Assembly (NCBI GenBank): GCA_963820435.1
Contig: CAWGAC010000018.1
Coordinates: forward strand, 257,544 to 321,543
From: an uncultured Spirochaetota bacterium
GTDB taxonomy: Bacteria > Spirochaetota > Spirochaetia > SZUA-6 > Fen-1364
Direction: 5' to 3'
DNA: 64,000 bases
Part shown: positions 61,009 through 64,000 of the stretch, piece by piece
Layout: each line of letters opens with the position of its first letter
How positions within the stretch are numbered: position 1 is the first letter of the stretch
The notes under the pieces: generated by a model
Databases searched by the model: none
What the model was told of the DNA's origin: nothing
What the model saw: only the letters and a program-made list of their open reading frames with translations
Program-made: the position numbers and the translations under genes

Positions 61009-62264
61009 ATGCATGCGGCAACCAACAAGAACATCCTTGTCATCAACTGTGGCAGCTCATCCCTGAAGTACGAGGTCTGGCAGATGCCCCAGCGCGTCAG
61101 CCTTGGCCGCGGCCTGGTCGAGCGGATCGGCGAGCTGAAGGGAAGGATCACCCAGAAGACGCCCAAGGGGCGACATCCTGCGGGAGGTGCAGGTCCCGCA
61201 CCACAAGGCGGCCATGGAGATGGTGTGCGAGGCGCTCACGGACCCGGACCAGGGAGCGCTCGGCGGCCTTGAGGAGATCGCGGGTGTCGGGCACCGGGTG
61301 GTGCACGGCGGCGAGCAGTACGCCGCCTCGGTCGTCATCGACGACGACGTGCTGAAGGCGGTCGAGAAGAACGTGGAGCTGGCCCCCCTGCACAACCCGC
61401 CCAACCTCATCGGCATCCGCGAGGCGCAGGCGGTGCTCCCGAACGTGAAGCAGGTGGCCGTCTTCGACACCGCGTTCCACCAGACCATGCCCCCGGCCGC
61501 CTACCTGTACGGCCTGCCCTACGAGCTGTACGAGAAGTACAAGATCCGCCGCTACGGCTTCCACGGCACCAGCCACCGCTACGTGGCCGCGCGCGCCATG
61601 GAGCTGCTCAAGCGCTTCCCCGAGAACACGAACGTCATCACCTGCCACCTCGGCAACGGCGCCTCGGTCACGGCCATCGAGCACGGCAGGTCCATCGACA
61701 CCTCCATGGGCTTCACGCCCCTGGAAGGCCTGATGATGGGCACGCGCAGCGGCGACATCGATCCCGCCATCATCGATTTCCTCGAGACGGCGCGGGTACA
61801 GCTCCACGGAGGTCAACGCGCTGCTCAACAAGAAGAGCGGGCTCCTGGGCCTCTCGGGGATCTCCAACGACCTGCGCGACCTGGAAGCGGAGGCGGCAAA
61901 GGGCAACCAGCGCGCCCTCCAGGCGCTGGAGGTGTACGCCTACCGGGTGCGGAAGTACGTCGGCGCGTACGTGGCCAACCTCGTGAAGGTCGACGCCCTG
62001 GTTTTCACCGGCGGCATCGGCCAGCACGGCGTGAAGATGCGGGAGCGGATTTGCCACCGGCTGGAGAACCTCGGTATCTTCATGGACTACGCGGCGAACA
62101 CCGCGCTGGGCTCGGGAGAGGGGGTCGTCTCCGCGCCCTACTCGCCCATCGCGATCCTCGTGGTGCCGACGAACGAGGAGCTGCAGATCGCGATCGACAC
62201 GTACGATCTCATCTTCGGCGCCGAGAAAGCTTTCCGGAGGCGCCGGAGCGACGTGTCTCTTTGA
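61009..62264 (+). CDS. ackA: acetate kinase, frame broken twice
   Basis: [16 protein letters not shown]..|[51 protein letters not shown]..|[40 protein letters not shown]. The shifts are near 61165 and 61793. Confidence 0.95.
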
Positions 62265-62280
62265 ATGGGGGGTTTCTTTC

Positions 62281-62664
62281 ATGATAGAGCTGGATTTCAC
62301 GAAGCTCGACGGGCTCGTCCCGGCGATAGCGCAGGATTGGCAGACGGGCGAGGTTCTCATGGTCGCCTTCATGAACAAGGAGTCCTGGGAGCTCACCCTG
62401 AAAACGGGGATCATGCACTACTGGAGCAGGTCCCGGAGCAAGCTCTGGAAGAAGGGTGAGAGCTCCGGCAACATCCAGGAGGTGAAGGAGCTGCGGATCG
62501 ACTGCGACGAGGACTGCGTGCTGGCCAAGGTGCGCCAGATCGGAGACGCCGCCTGCCACACCGGTTACAGGAGCTGCTTCTACCGGGTGGTCGAGGGCGG
62601 GGCGATGCGCGTGGACGGCGTGCGGGTGTTCGACCCGGCCGAAGTATACGGAGAGAAGAAATGA
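62281..62664 (+). CDS. hisI: phosphoribosyl-AMP cyclohydrolase, intact
   Basis: ..[72 protein letters not shown]. Confidence 0.9.
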   Translation: MIELDFTKLDGLVPAIAQDWQTGEVLMVAFMNKESWELTLKTGIMHYWSRSRSKLWKKGESSGNIQEVKELRIDCDEDCVLAKVRQIGDAACHTGYRSCFYRVVEGGAMRVDGVRVFDPAEVYGEKK

Positions 62665-63557
62665 AGGATCACGTGATCAAGCTGGGCGTGCCCAAGGGAA
62701 GCCTCGAGCGCGCCACCATCGAGCTTTTCCAGAAGGCGGGCTGGAAGATATCGCTCTCCGAGCGCTCGTATTTCCCGTCCATCGACGATCCCGAGGTGAG
62801 CTGCAACCTCGTGCGCGCGCAGGAGATGGCGCGCTACGTGGAAAACGGCGTGCTGGACGCGGGTCTCACCGGCATGGACTGGATACTGGAAAACGAGGCG
62901 GACGTGGAAATCGTCACGGACCTCATCTACTCCAAGGCAAGCACGAGCAAGGCGCGATGGGTGCTGGCCTGCCTGGCATCGTCCCCCATCGAACGCCTGG
63001 AGGACTGCGCGGGAAAGACCATCTCCACGGAGCTCGTGGGATTCACGAAGAGATACTTCGCCGAAAGAAACATCCCCGTGAAGGTCGAGTTCTCCTGGGG
63101 GGCAACGGAGGCAAAGGCGGTGGACGGCCTGGTGGACGCCATCGTGGAGGTCACGGAGACGGGCAGCACGCTGCGCGCGAACGGTCTCAAGATCGTCCAC
63201 ACCCTGCTGGAGACCAACACGAAGCTCATCGCCAACAAGACGGCCATGAAGGATCCGACCAAGAAGCGCAAGATCCAGCACATCGCCCTGCTCCTGCGCG
63301 GCGCGCTTGCCGCGGAGAACATGGTCGGGCTCAAGATGAACGTGCCGGAGGCGAGCTTCGAAGAGATCGTGAAGCTCCTCCCCAGCCTCACCTCGCCCAC
63401 GGTGTCGCGGCTGCACAACGCCGCGTGGTTCTCCGTGGAGGTCATGATCCGTGAGTCGGTGGTCCGCGAGCTGGTCCCCCTGCTGATCGAGAAGGGGGCG
63501 GACGGGATCATCGAGTATCCACTCAACAAGGTCGTCAACAGGAGCGACGCGCTGTGA
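62661..63557 (+). CDS. hisG: ATP phosphoribosyltransferase, long form, intact
   Basis: ..[21 protein letters not shown].., ..[17 protein letters not shown].., and a C-terminal regulatory domain. The start overlaps the hisI stop. Confidence 0.9.
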   Translation: MKDHVIKLGVPKGSLERATIELFQKAGWKISLSERSYFPSIDDPEVSCNLVRAQEMARYVENGVLDAGLTGMDWILENEADVEIVTDLIYSKASTSKARWVLACLASSPIERLEDCAGKTISTELVGFTKRYFAERNIPVKVEFSWGATEAKAVDGLVDAIVEVTETGSTLRANGLKIVHTLLETNTKLIANKTAMKDPTKKRKIQHIALLLRGALAAENMVGLKMNVPEASFEEIVKLLPSLTSPTVSRLHNAAWFSVEVMIRESVVRELVPLLIEKGADGIIEYPLNKVVNRSDAL

Positions 63558-63571
63558 CCGCGCCGACAAAT

Positions 63572-63618
63572 GCCACGGAATACGCGAGTACGCGCGGGAC
63601 GCGGTACCGTGGCCGCGG
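63572..63618. repeat. REP-like element
   Basis: gCCACGG-aa-TACGCGAGTACGCG-cgggacgcggta-CCGTGGccgcgg. It shares the TACGCGAGTACGCG box with 25246 and 26465 and the CACGG/CCGTG arms with 26433 and 59561. Confidence 0.75.
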
Positions 63619-63624
63619 ACGCGC

Positions 63625-64000
63625 ATGAAGCAGTACCTCGAGCTGTGCCGCCACATCCTTGCGCGCGGCGCGGACAAGCCTGACCGCACGGGGACCGGCA
63701 CGCGCAGCGTCTTCGGATGGCAGATGCGCTTCGACCTGCAGGCGGGATTCCCCCTTCTCACAACGAAGAAGCTCAATACCAGGGCCATCATACATGAGCT
63801 GCTCTGGTTCCTTCGCGGGGAGACGAACGTGCGCACGCTCCAGGACGCGGGTGTCCATATCTGGGACGAGTGGGCGGACACGCAGGGCGAGCTGGGACCC
63901 GTCTACGGCCGGCAATGGCGGTCATGGCCCGCCCCGGACGGCGGCTCCATCGACCAGATCGCGCGCCTGGTGGAGAGACTGAAGGCCGAGCCATGGTCCC
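63625..64000 (+). CDS. thyA: thymidylate synthase (ThyA), 3' end beyond the window
   Basis: [68 protein letters not shown].. The frame is open to the window end, so it is absent from the ORF track. Confidence 0.95.
   Translation, partial: MKQYLELCRHILARGADKPDRTGTGTRSVFGWQMRFDLQAGFPLLTTKKLNTRAIIHELLWFLRGETNVRTLQDAGVHIWDEWADTQGELGPVYGRQWRSWPAPDGGSIDQIARLVERLKAEPWS

Overview
This is a GC-rich chromosomal segment (by eye, roughly mid-60s % G+C) from a diderm bacterium, judged from its TolC, RND, MacAB and heptosyltransferase genes. I recognised no rRNA, tRNA, CRISPR array, transposase or integrase.

Gene order, left to right:
- An ABC importer (ATPase plus 2 permeases) followed by a small conserved hypothetical.
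- A translationally coupled MarR-TolC-MFP-RND-MFS efflux operon.
- A ~5 kb, visibly lower-GC stress-type islet holding small membrane peptides, CsbD, a FecR/DUF6600-like exported protein and a SprA-related protein. It is bracketed by a ~104-bp imperfect direct repeat that copies the convergent MFS/arfB gene ends.
- An ~8 kb minus-strand cluster: tolC-macA-macB-LTXXQ (Spy/CpxP-like)-OmpR regulator-histidine kinase-arfB.
- PHP and DHH phosphoesterases, a protein with two cNMP-binding domains, a GH42 beta-galactosidase, MgtA, an EIIA-like protein, a PAP2 protein and a sigma-70 factor.
- A DUF2807 lipoprotein, a 4 x 22-bp tandem repeat and a bacterial EXPERA/TMEM97-like protein.
- GatZ/KbaZ, a PfkB kinase and a lysine-less lipoyl-like domain protein, then glutathione peroxidase.
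- An ABC-2 exporter, then HicB with a truncated hicA and a deoxyinosine glycosylase.
- htpG, a large membrane-anchored repeat protein and a lipoprotein, translationally coupled, then metA.
- A ChlI-like AAA+ ATPase with a VWA protein, then atpBEFHAGDC.
- A 34-aa Lys/Ala histone-like micro-gene, a GT9 glycosyltransferase, ackA, hisI, hisG and thyA (cut by the window end).

Main caveat: about 45 frame-disrupting indels break more than 20 otherwise perfectly conserved genes, including every ATP synthase gene except possibly atpF. They are clustered in blocks, and blocks of 8-10 kb have none. The ORF track therefore shows many artificial fragments and fusions. I give whole-gene spans with approximate shift positions.

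I found no clear-cut novel multi-gene system. The most interesting items are the repeat-bracketed islet, the non-uniform indel pattern, the tandem-repeat intergenic region, a REP-like hairpin family and several unusual small genes.
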